Shown here piece by piece: positions 56,378 through 64,000 of a stretch of DNA of 64,000 nt. The stretch is from NCBI GenBank assembly GCA_963664815.2, contig CAXXHB010000003.1, positions 2,208,001-2,272,000 of the forward strand, in the 5' to 3' direction. Made by a program: the position numbers and the translations under genes. The stretch comes from Spirochaetota bacterium. Lineage in GTDB: Bacteria; Spirochaetota; UBA4802; UBA5550. Every line of letters starts with the position of its first letter. Positions within the stretch are counted from its first letter, which is position 1. Below the pieces are notes generated by a model. The model ran no database searches, was not told the DNA's origin, and was given only the letters and a program-made list of their open reading frames with translations.

Positions 56378-58615
56378 TCATGCCCTTTCTACACTACATG
56401 GAACAAAACGGTGAATCGGAGTTCCCACCATATCCCTGTTGGTACTCTTTGTCAGCCGGTTTACGTTAATACCGTACACAACATCACCATATAAAAGCCC
56501 AAATCCGTGTGGAATAAGAACTGTACCTTTCCGCACCTGTCCGGATACCTCCAGTTCACCGGTATCGCTTCCGGCCTCAGTTGTAACCCTGACATTCTCT
56601 CCATCAGACAATCCAAGATGTTCCGCATCAATGGGGCTTATTGCCACAGTGCATGCCCGTTTCCCTCTGTTCCACTCCTGATCACGCATAAGACTGTTCG
56701 CATTATAATCCATATGCCGCCCGGCATTGAGAATAAAAGGAAAACCTTCAGGCATTTTAAGTTCTATCTCTTCAGTTGAAGGATTAAGCAGCTTTAGCTC
56801 CTCCTCAAGTTCAGGAATATAAAGTTCAATCTTACCGGATTCGGTTTTTATATTTTTAAAATTCTTTTCCGTGTCAACCCTTCCTATCATAACCCCCTGA
56901 GGATTATCAAGCAATGTCTGGAATATCCTCTCACCGATATCAGGTCCTTTGGCAAATCCTGCCCTTTCTGCATTTTCCCTTAGCTCTTTCGGAGCAGATG
57001 CCAGTATCGCCCAGAAAGCTGAAAGATTTGCGCTCCCCATTGCCCTCCCCAGCGTCTTTGCAAGGATAAACGGCCTCTGTTTTGCAGCTTCAGGGTTATC
57101 CTTTATCCATCCCATAAGCTTCATTATAAAGGCAAGACGGTTACCTTTGGCTGCCTCATATAGTTCCGCCGGGATTTCAGGTATCAGCCCAAGTTTATCC
57201 GCAATCAGTGTATGTATCTCAGCCGCTTCAAGACACTGCTCCGGCGGTTCAACAACAGGTTTTCTTATGTGATAATATATCTCCGGATAGTTATATGGGT
57301 AAAAGGTGCTTTCCCATGATTCGAAATATGTCTTGCATGGCAGTACATAATGGGCTAAACGCGCTGTTTCACTCATTACAATCTCATTTACTACAAGAAG
57401 ATCAAGCCTGCTGAAAGCCTCCTCGTATGCCGTTGTATCGGGAAACGCTCTCAGGGGATTGCAGGCGCTTACAATCATGGCCCTTAACCTCTCAGGGTTG
57501 TCGCTGAGAATTTCCTCAGGCACAACAGAGGGTGGATAAGACCCCGCCGCCGCAGGGGGCATATTTGTTGCCGTTGTTTTCCATATTTCAGGTTTACGTT
57601 CATCCGCGTGAAAACCCAGCGGCATAACAAACCCCGGTATAATGTTGCCGCCCGGCACACAGAACCTGCCGCACAATGACCCGAGAATATGCAGCAGATA
57701 TGAGTTAAGCACGCTTTTGCGCCCCATGTAGATTCCGAGGTCCGGATGAAATGACCACTGTCTTGTTGACATCAGCCTGCAGAGATTATGCACCTCTTCA
57801 TATTCAAGCTCACATACTTTCAGTGCATTCTTTACATCAAAATTATTAAAAAACGGTAAAATCTTTTCCCAGCCTGTTACATGCTCATTTATATAATCGC
57901 GTTTTTCCCATCCTTCTCTGATTATAATTGAAATCATTGCCTTTATCAGCAGGGCGTCAGTCCCCGGACGTACTGCAAGATGTATATCGGCTATTGCAGC
58001 CGTTTCATTTTTTCTCGGATCAATAACGACAAGCAGCCGGTTTTTATCATTGCTGAACTCCCTGAGGGTTACCCTTGCCCGCGGTATCTGGTGACTCTGC
58101 ATTCCATTCCATCCCCAGGCAACAAGCATATCCGTATTATGTTCATCCGGCCCGGTAATATTATACTGCTTCCCGAATACGCGGCCCTGTACCCACCATT
58201 GCCCGCTGAATTCCTGCCCACCCGGCGAATAGTAATACTGCGAACCAAGACTTCTGAGAAGCTGCAGACCAAATGCAGTCTCGCCATGTCCTGCCTGTGC
58301 TGCCCCACCCATGTAGGCAAGGCTTCTCGGTCCGTAGGACTTTAAAACAGACTTTATCCTTTCAGCAATATCTCCTGCAGCCTCATCCCATGTTACAGGT
58401 ATAAAATCATTCCCCTTTCTTTTGAGAGGTTCTGTTATTCTATCCTTAGGATACTGGTGAGTCATCACATTCATCCCCTTCCTGCATATATAACCGAGGC
58501 TTCTCGGATTATCCTTATCCCCTCTTACCTTTACCATTTTGCCGTTTTCAACAAGCGCCTCAAGACCGCAGTTCTGAGTACAGAGTACACAGCATGTTTT
58601 CAGCCAGTTTTCCAT
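56378..58615 (-). CDS. Molybdopterin-dependent oxidoreductase (DMSO reductase family, 4Fe-4S)
   Basis: GGAGG RBS before ATG 58615; CxxCxxxC...C cluster (CVLCTQNC...ICRKG), VIDPR, RPGTD, C-terminal MopB_CT. Confidence 0.9.
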   Translation of the reverse strand: MENWLKTCCVLCTQNCGLEALVENGKMVKVRGDKDNPRSLGYICRKGMNVMTHQYPKDRITEPLKRKGNDFIPVTWDEAAGDIAERIKSVLKSYGPRSLAYMGGAAQAGHGETAFGLQLLRSLGSQYYYSPGGQEFSGQWWVQGRVFGKQYNITGPDEHNTDMLVAWGWNGMQSHQIPRARVTLREFSNDKNRLLVVIDPRKNETAAIADIHLAVRPGTDALLIKAMISIIIREGWEKRDYINEHVTGWEKILPFFNNFDVKNALKVCELEYEEVHNLCRLMSTRQWSFHPDLGIYMGRKSVLNSYLLHILGSLCGRFCVPGGNIIPGFVMPLGFHADERKPEIWKTTATNMPPAAAGSYPPSVVPEEILSDNPERLRAMIVSACNPLRAFPDTTAYEEAFSRLDLLVVNEIVMSETARLAHYVLPCKTYFESWESTFYPYNYPEIYYHIRKPVVEPPEQCLEAAEIHTLIADKLGLIPEIPAELYEAAKGNRLAFIMKLMGWIKDNPEAAKQRPFILAKTLGRAMGSANLSAFWAILASAPKELRENAERAGFAKGPDIGERIFQTLLDNPQGVMIGRVDTEKNFKNIKTESGKIELYIPELEEELKLLNPSTEEIELKMPEGFPFILNAGRHMDYNANSLMRDQEWNRGKRACTVAISPIDAEHLGLSDGENVRVTTEAGSDTGELEVSGQVRKGTVLIPHGFGLLYGDVVYGINVNRLTKSTNRDMVGTPIHRFVPCSVERA

Positions 58616-58754
58616 TATATTTTCCTCCGGGTTATTATCAAATGCATCTTTATACAATTATAAATACCTGAATGGTAAAATCTCACCAGGTATTCCTTAT
58701 ATATTAATTAACTCTTCTTTTATTTACCATAGAATAAGAATATTTTTCATCCGG

Positions 58755-58774
58755 GACATACCATCCGGTATGTC
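58755..58774. promoter_or_regulatory. Palindromic TetR operator upstream of the molybdoenzyme
   Basis: GACATACC-atcc-GGTATGTC; same core as the palindrome at 59385-59416. Confidence 0.7.
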
Positions 58775-58788
58775 GGCAGGCATAAAAA

Positions 58789-59382
58789 TTATTTCACCTT
58801 TATCCCTTCAACAAGTGTTAAAACAAGTTCAACCGCATGATCTAAAAATCTCTTTTCATCCCTTACCTTCGACAGTGCAAGGCCCCCTTCGATCAGTGAA
58901 AAAAGATTCATTGAAAGTCCCTCTGCATCGACAGAGGGACTTATTTCATTATCTGATTTACCATTTTCTATTATGGTTTTCAGAGTATTCTGCCAGAAGT
59001 CGATAGATCTGTTGACACGGTTTTTAATCAGCACATTCCCGTCATCCGAATCTATAGCCGCATTCATCAGAGGGCATCCACCTATTTTTCTCATTGAATC
59101 ATAGTTGTTTCTGAATGTTTCTGCAAAAACCGAAAGTTTATCACAGGAACCTGTTTTTCTGTTTATAGCTGAAAAAACAAACTTTGTCACCATGTTAAGG
59201 TTGTATTCAAGCGCAGCTAAAGCGAGTTCATCCTTGTTCTCAAAATAGTGATATATCGCCCCTTTTGTAAGACCTGTATATTCGAGCACATCAGCAAGAG
59301 ATGTTCCTTCATATCCGTGTTTGTTAAAAACCGGAGCTGCCGTTTCTATTATAAAATCCCGAGTATGTTCCGACTTTTTCAT
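58789..59382 (-). CDS. TetR/AcrR family transcriptional regulator
   Basis: FNKHGYEGTSLADV...GLTKGAIYHYFENKDEL HTH; GGCPL; probable start ATG at 59382. Confidence 0.93.
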   Translation of the reverse strand: MKKSEHTRDFIIETAAPVFNKHGYEGTSLADVLEYTGLTKGAIYHYFENKDELALAALEYNLNMVTKFVFSAINRKTGSCDKLSVFAETFRNNYDSMRKIGGCPLMNAAIDSDDGNVLIKNRVNRSIDFWQNTLKTIIENGKSDNEISPSVDAEGLSMNLFSLIEGGLALSKVRDEKRFLDHAVELVLTLVEGIKVK

Positions 59383-59384
59383 AC

Positions 59385-59417
59385 TGACATTACATACCAA
59401 TCGGTATGTAATGTCAA
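59385..59417 (-). promoter_or_regulatory. TetR autoregulatory operator overlapping a leaderless promoter
   Basis: Perfect 14-bp inverted repeat TGACATTACATACC-aatc-GGTATGTAATGTCA; minus strand reads TTGACA-17-TGTAAT-6-ATG. Confidence 0.75.
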
Positions 59418-59632
59418 GCAGATAATATCTTAAATGCATAAAACTGCCGCTTATTATCTCATATAATCTTTCCGGTTTTTCAGAATATCTGTATACATAC
59501 ATTGATAAAAATTTTAATTTTATCTCTTTTTACAGCTCTCTTCAACAGAAAAATGATTGTATCTCACCGGGGAGTTCAGCTAATTAACACCCTATACTAT
59601 AATATTTAAATAATACAGGAGAATACACTTTA

Positions 59633-60019
59633 ATGAAAAGAATTCTACTCTCAGGTATAACACTGTTTTTCTGTTTAACCGCATTATCTTTTTCCGCTGA
59701 TAACATTAAGACAGTTAATTATAATGATCTGCCAAACGGAGCAAAAGAGGTTATTACAAAGATAAAAGCGGGTTCCACAGAGTGGGCATTTGTCAAAAAC
59801 GACGGGGTTCGTTTCGGGAACCGGGAGAAACATCTTCCTGCTGACCATAATGTTTCATATAAAGAGTACACCGTCTGCACAGACAGAATGAACAAAGAGT
59901 TAAAAAAGGGGAAACGGCCCAACCGTGGTCCAAACCGTATAGTACATGATGTCAGCAACGATATCTACTACTACACTGATGATCACTACAGAACGTTCAG
60001 GAGAGTTGTATTTAAATAA
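59633..60019 (+). CDS. Secreted barnase/RNase Sa-family guanyl-specific ribonuclease
   Basis: Signal peptide; FGNREKHLP, YKEYTV, NRIV, YYTDDHY.TF catalytic E/R/H pattern. Confidence 0.9.
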   Translation: MKRILLSGITLFFCLTALSFSADNIKTVNYNDLPNGAKEVITKIKAGSTEWAFVKNDGVRFGNREKHLPADHNVSYKEYTVCTDRMNKELKKGKRPNRGPNRIVHDVSNDIYYYTDDHYRTFRRVVFK

Positions 60020-60426
60020 TGAAAACCATTGAACAGCTGGTCAAGACCATAAGGGAAGGCTCCTTCACCCGCGGAAGTAAACTCATTGCAGAAGCAGAAG
60101 CCGGCGGAATTCATATTTTTTATTTCAGCGGTAAGTCAATTGCAGACGAAGAGAGTTTTTTCAATACTGCAAAAACCGTTATGCGGCTCCCAGGTTATTT
60201 CGGTTACAACTGGGATGCCTTCGAGGAATGCATCAATGACCTGAGCTGGATCCCGGCGCAGGGTTATATATTTATTTACGATAATACCTCTGTATTCTTT
60301 TCTAAGCATCCCAAAGATGCAGAGATATTAACCGGCATACTTGATGATGCCCGTAATAATTTCAGAGGGTCAGAAATATCATTTGAAGTTATCCTGGCGG
60401 ATGGAGATGATCTTTCAGCTGCATGA
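60019..60426 (+). CDS. Barstar-family RNase inhibitor
   Basis: LPGYFGYNWDAFEECINDLSW motif; overlaps the RNase stop codon by 1 bp. Confidence 0.9.
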   Translation: MKTIEQLVKTIREGSFTRGSKLIAEAEAGGIHIFYFSGKSIADEESFFNTAKTVMRLPGYFGYNWDAFEECINDLSWIPAQGYIFIYDNTSVFFSKHPKDAEILTGILDDARNNFRGSEISFEVILADGDDLSAA

Positions 60427-60435
60427 AAGAGGCTT

Positions 60436-62742
60436 TCAGCCATGTTGACCATGCATATGTGTTAAAAACAGTTTACAGATCCCGGGATCAAACTGAATAC
60501 CTGCATTGCTCTCTATCTCCTTTAATGCATTTTCTGCAGATACAGCCCTGCGGTATGGCCTTTCAGTGGTCATTGCCGTATATGCGTCAGCAATGGCAAG
60601 AATTCTTGACTGAAGCGGGATATCAAGGGCTTTAATTCCCCTTGGGTAACCCCTGCCATCCCATCTTTCATGATGTGCCAGCACGTAATCGGCTAATTTC
60701 GCATACTCATTAACTGAAGATAATATTCTGTAACCATGCTCACTGTGACGCTTAACTTCATCAATGGCATACCCGCTTAAAGGCTTAGTACTGTTTAAAA
60801 TTTCTTCAGCTATGGCGATATTACCGATATCATGCATCATCCCCAGTGTCTTCAGTTCGAGTATCTCCTCCCCCCTTAAATTCATTTCTTTACCGATAAC
60901 AGCGCACAGTTCGCTTACTTTTTTAGCGTGAAGCTCTTCTCCGGGATTTTTACTGTATAATGTATTCTTTATAGTTTCTATAGTCTGGTGTTTTATAATA
61001 TTACTTTCAGAGAGTTTCTCTTTGTACATCAAATCTTCGGCCTGTTTGTAAATATCGGTTATATCCTGTTCATCGGATTCTTTGGCCGCAAGGCCGAAAG
61101 ATACCGAGACAGGCAGAATGCCGGCCTTTTCACCATGCATAGATATTTTAATCCGCCGGACAATAGTTTCAGCTGTAATTCTGTCAGCACCGGGCAGAAT
61201 AATTACAAATTCATCGCCGCCTGTTCTGGCAATGATATCATCCGAACGGCACTCTTTTTTTAAGACACCTGCCGCTTTCCGAAGAAGATTATCCCCGGCC
61301 AGATGTCCGAAAACATCATTTGTAAGCTTCAGTCCATTGACATCACCTACCACCAGCGTGATGGGTAGATTTCTTTTTGTATCAAGTCTCCGAAGCTCCT
61401 CCTCAAAAAACCTGTGGTTATACAGGCCTGTCAGGTGGTCATGGAATCCCAGATGGGCTATCTCCAGTGCGCTTTTAAGTTCCCTGTTTACTCTTTCCAG
61501 GTTAGTGTTTAAAATATTTATTCTGTCAGCAAGCGCAATAGAGAGAAGCACGGCTTCTATAACCGCGGCTATCTGAAAATTGTAGAAGGTAAAGTTATTA
61601 TAAGGAAGAACACTTTTAAATGTCAGTGAAAAGACTATTGTTCCGGCTAAAAAAACGAATGATGCCCATATATAAAACCTGGCATTCCTGTTTCCCCGTC
61701 TGAAAGCCGTTATTCCAGTAATCATTAATACAACAGGAACAACAAGTCCCATGGTTGTAAAATAATTAATAATCTTACTGTACTCAAACAGGAAAACGCC
61801 TGCAGATAATCCGAGTGAGACAATAATTAAAATATTAAGAATGGTGTCAATTACCGGCATAATCTTCCGTGTTGAGAGGAAAGTCTTTGCGAATAACATT
61901 GCAAATGCAGAGCTGACACCCAGAAAAAAGAGCGTTAAATATGTTGACACAACAGGATTCTGCCTGAAAAAGAACTCGGTCGTAAGCCGGTTCACTGCTG
62001 AGAAATACAATGTAATGGTTAAAAGATACAGCAGATAATAAAAACGCGACTTTTCCCTGAGGAATATACACAGAAAGAGGTTGTAAAGGAATAAACCTGT
62101 CATAACGCCATAGAACATCCCGAAGAGAATAAGCTGATAAAACAGTTTACTGTCCAGTTCATCTTTCTGAACAACTTTAAGCGGTATAAAATATGGTGAT
62201 TTTGATTCGACACGCAGATAAAATGTCGATGGTTCACGATCCAGCGCAGGGAGACTGAAAACCACATTTTTGTATACCAGTTCATTCAGTCCAAGAACCT
62301 TCAATGTCCCGCCTGACTGCCTGATCCATCCGTCTTTTCCGTATTTATCTTTTTTTACCGGGGTATATAAATCGGCGTAATAGACATATTGAGTACCCAT
62401 GTCAAGAAAGCGGGCAGTCCTGTCGGCTCCGCTTTCAATACCGGCAGACTGAAGAGTAAATCTTAACCAGAAGACCGATCTGCTGAGTCCAAGATTTATA
62501 TTTTCTTTTTTATGAGTGTAAAATTCACCATTATAGCTCCCGGAGCTGACCTCTGCAATACCAAGCTTTCCCTCCTTATCCTCAAGAATCTCAACATGCC
62601 TGCCAAGAGAAATACCAGGTGTTCCATTATCTATATTTACAGCATCCAGAGCCAGTGCGTTTTTCAAGGGGAATGTATATACAATCAGGTGGAAGGCAAT
62701 AATAACCTGTAATAATGAACGTGTATGGATAACTCTATTCAT
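60436..62742 (-). CDS. 7TM-DISM sensor fused to GGDEF and HD-GYP domains
   Basis: 7TMR-DISM extracellular region (FWLRF) and 7 TM helices; RSDD..ARTGGDEF; MHDIG, HHERWDGRGYP, QFDP. Confidence 0.9.
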   Translation of the reverse strand: MNRVIHTRSLLQVIIAFHLIVYTFPLKNALALDAVNIDNGTPGISLGRHVEILEDKEGKLGIAEVSSGSYNGEFYTHKKENINLGLSRSVFWLRFTLQSAGIESGADRTARFLDMGTQYVYYADLYTPVKKDKYGKDGWIRQSGGTLKVLGLNELVYKNVVFSLPALDREPSTFYLRVESKSPYFIPLKVVQKDELDSKLFYQLILFGMFYGVMTGLFLYNLFLCIFLREKSRFYYLLYLLTITLYFSAVNRLTTEFFFRQNPVVSTYLTLFFLGVSSAFAMLFAKTFLSTRKIMPVIDTILNILIIVSLGLSAGVFLFEYSKIINYFTTMGLVVPVVLMITGITAFRRGNRNARFYIWASFVFLAGTIVFSLTFKSVLPYNNFTFYNFQIAAVIEAVLLSIALADRINILNTNLERVNRELKSALEIAHLGFHDHLTGLYNHRFFEEELRRLDTKRNLPITLVVGDVNGLKLTNDVFGHLAGDNLLRKAAGVLKKECRSDDIIARTGGDEFVIILPGADRITAETIVRRIKISMHGEKAGILPVSVSFGLAAKESDEQDITDIYKQAEDLMYKEKLSESNIIKHQTIETIKNTLYSKNPGEELHAKKVSELCAVIGKEMNLRGEEILELKTLGMMHDIGNIAIAEEILNSTKPLSGYAIDEVKRHSEHGYRILSSVNEYAKLADYVLAHHERWDGRGYPRGIKALDIPLQSRILAIADAYTAMTTERPYRRAVSAENALKEIESNAGIQFDPGICKLFLTHMHGQHG

Positions 62743-62987
62743 CTATGTTCTCTTGCAGCTTCTTTTATGAAATCAGTATCAATCGAATTATGCTCTATTA
62801 ATTGCTTATACAGATAAAGATAATTCAGATCAGCATGTTAAAAAAAACTGAATAACATAGCTGATAATTGTCTGGCATGAAATATAAGTATGTACATTGC
62901 GTCCAGTAATTTTATTTTAAAAATACTATTATATTCAATGAATAATTTATTATTTTAATCTGCAATCTCTGACCCGAATTAAATTAC

Positions 62988-63067
62988 AAAAACTCTGACT
63001 GAATCAGAGTTTTTTGCAATACACTTTTTTTATAATACACTTCAGGATTATCCTGAAGTGTATTATA
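62988..63067. terminator. Two tandem inverted repeats downstream of the enoyl-CoA hydratase (terminator-like)
   Basis: aaaaactctga-ctgaa-tcagagttttt (62988-63014) and a 17-bp stem tataatacacttcagga-tta-tcctgaagtgtattata (63031-63067). Confidence 0.6.
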
Positions 63068-63093
63068 TATTTCCAGTAAATCCGTTAATTCAG

Positions 63094-63864
63094 TTATTCA
63101 CCCTTAAATTCAGGCTTTCTTTTTCCCATAAAAGCGGTTATACCCTCTTTCATGTCTTTTGTACCGAAAAGAACTCCAAGCTCCTCCCTTTCCATTTTTA
63201 AATGACGTTCCGGCGACAATCCCGGCGCTGCCGATGTTATTTTCAGCAAAGCCTTCACAGCAAGAGGCGGACGCACAATAAGCTCACCTGCAAAGGCCAG
63301 GGCGTCATCAAGCAGTTTACCATCTTCGCATAAACGGTCAACCAGTCCAAGTGATAACGATTCTTCAGCCTCAAACTGCTTCCCGAGAATCATATATTCC
63401 AGCGCTTTTGACTTTCCAATAAGCTTCGGCAGCCTCAGTGTTCCGCCATAACCCGGAATAATACCGAGATTGGTTTCGGTTAGCCCTATGCGTGCCCCTT
63501 TTTTCATAAACCTGAAGTGGCATGCCAGCGCGAGTTCACAGCCGCCCCCCAGCGCCGGGCCGTTTATCGCGGCTATAACCGGCTTTGGATAATCTTCAAT
63601 TTTATTCCATATATCCTGCCCTCGTTTCAGAAAATCAACTACACTGAAGTCGCCGTTTCCTTCCGACAGGTCTGCCCCGGCACAGAACGCTTTATCGCCT
63701 GTCCCGGTAATAATCAATGCCCGGACATCATAGCCCTTTTCATTGGCATCAAGAAGTTTCCTGATCCCTTCAAAAACAGAATGACTCAGCTGGTTTGCCT
63801 TCGGCCTGTTGATTGAGATTATTCCCACCTGACCCTTTAACTCAAATAAAACCGGTTCATCCAT
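63094..63864 (-). CDS. Enoyl-CoA hydratase/crotonase family protein
   Basis: Motifs AFCAGADL, KPVIAAING.ALGGGCELALAC, ETNLGIIPGYGG, AF.GKRKPEF. Confidence 0.95.
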   Translation of the reverse strand: MDEPVLFELKGQVGIISINRPKANQLSHSVFEGIRKLLDANEKGYDVRALIITGTGDKAFCAGADLSEGNGDFSVVDFLKRGQDIWNKIEDYPKPVIAAINGPALGGGCELALACHFRFMKKGARIGLTETNLGIIPGYGGTLRLPKLIGKSKALEYMILGKQFEAEESLSLGLVDRLCEDGKLLDDALAFAGELIVRPPLAVKALLKITSAAPGLSPERHLKMEREELGVLFGTKDMKEGITAFMGKRKPEFKGE

Positions 63865-64000
63865 CTTTTCTCTCCTTGGCTTTTATATTATTTTATTTTT
63901 TTAAAATACCTGACAGCTGCAAAAAATATTTTTCTCAGATTATAAGTATATCCATAGTATTACAAGAATTTTTTATATAAGTCTGAAGTAATAATATACT

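Noticed and set aside
59383-59502. N-terminal extension of TetR in the ORF track
   Set aside because: It spans the operator/promoter; the TetR HTH begins right after ATG 59382.

Overview
AT-rich bacterial chromosomal window. A spirochaete-like anaerobe is my inference from the many SpoIIE/PP2C, 7TM-DISM, FGE-sulfatase and lipoprotein genes; it is not proven. From 3 to 24 kb lies a dispersed phosphate-starvation neighbourhood (pstS, pstC, pstA, a porin). Six promoters there share 11-bp-periodic TT(A/T)A(C/T)A Pho-box-like repeats. Two of them drive candidate phosphorus-free lipid remodelling genes: an uncharacterised glutamate-cysteine-ligase-fold protein + phosphatidylserine-decarboxylase-like + divergent Lgt-like operon, and a PHP-GT4 fusion. 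After uvrC, a tRNA-Pro(GGG) carries an 8.3-kb degraded integrative island bounded by a 40-bp att repeat, with an integrase remnant, hydrolases, flavodoxins and AraC. Further accessory and defence genes follow (Fic, AbiEi remnant, BglII-like nuclease + MT-A70 methylase). The right third encodes a 1365-aa CstA transporter-Cache-HAMP-adenylate cyclase fusion, a TetR-controlled molybdoenzyme, a barnase/barstar pair and a 7TM-GGDEF-HD-GYP protein. I found two small-RNA candidates, and no CRISPR array or rRNA. All calls come from motif reading; no database searches were run.
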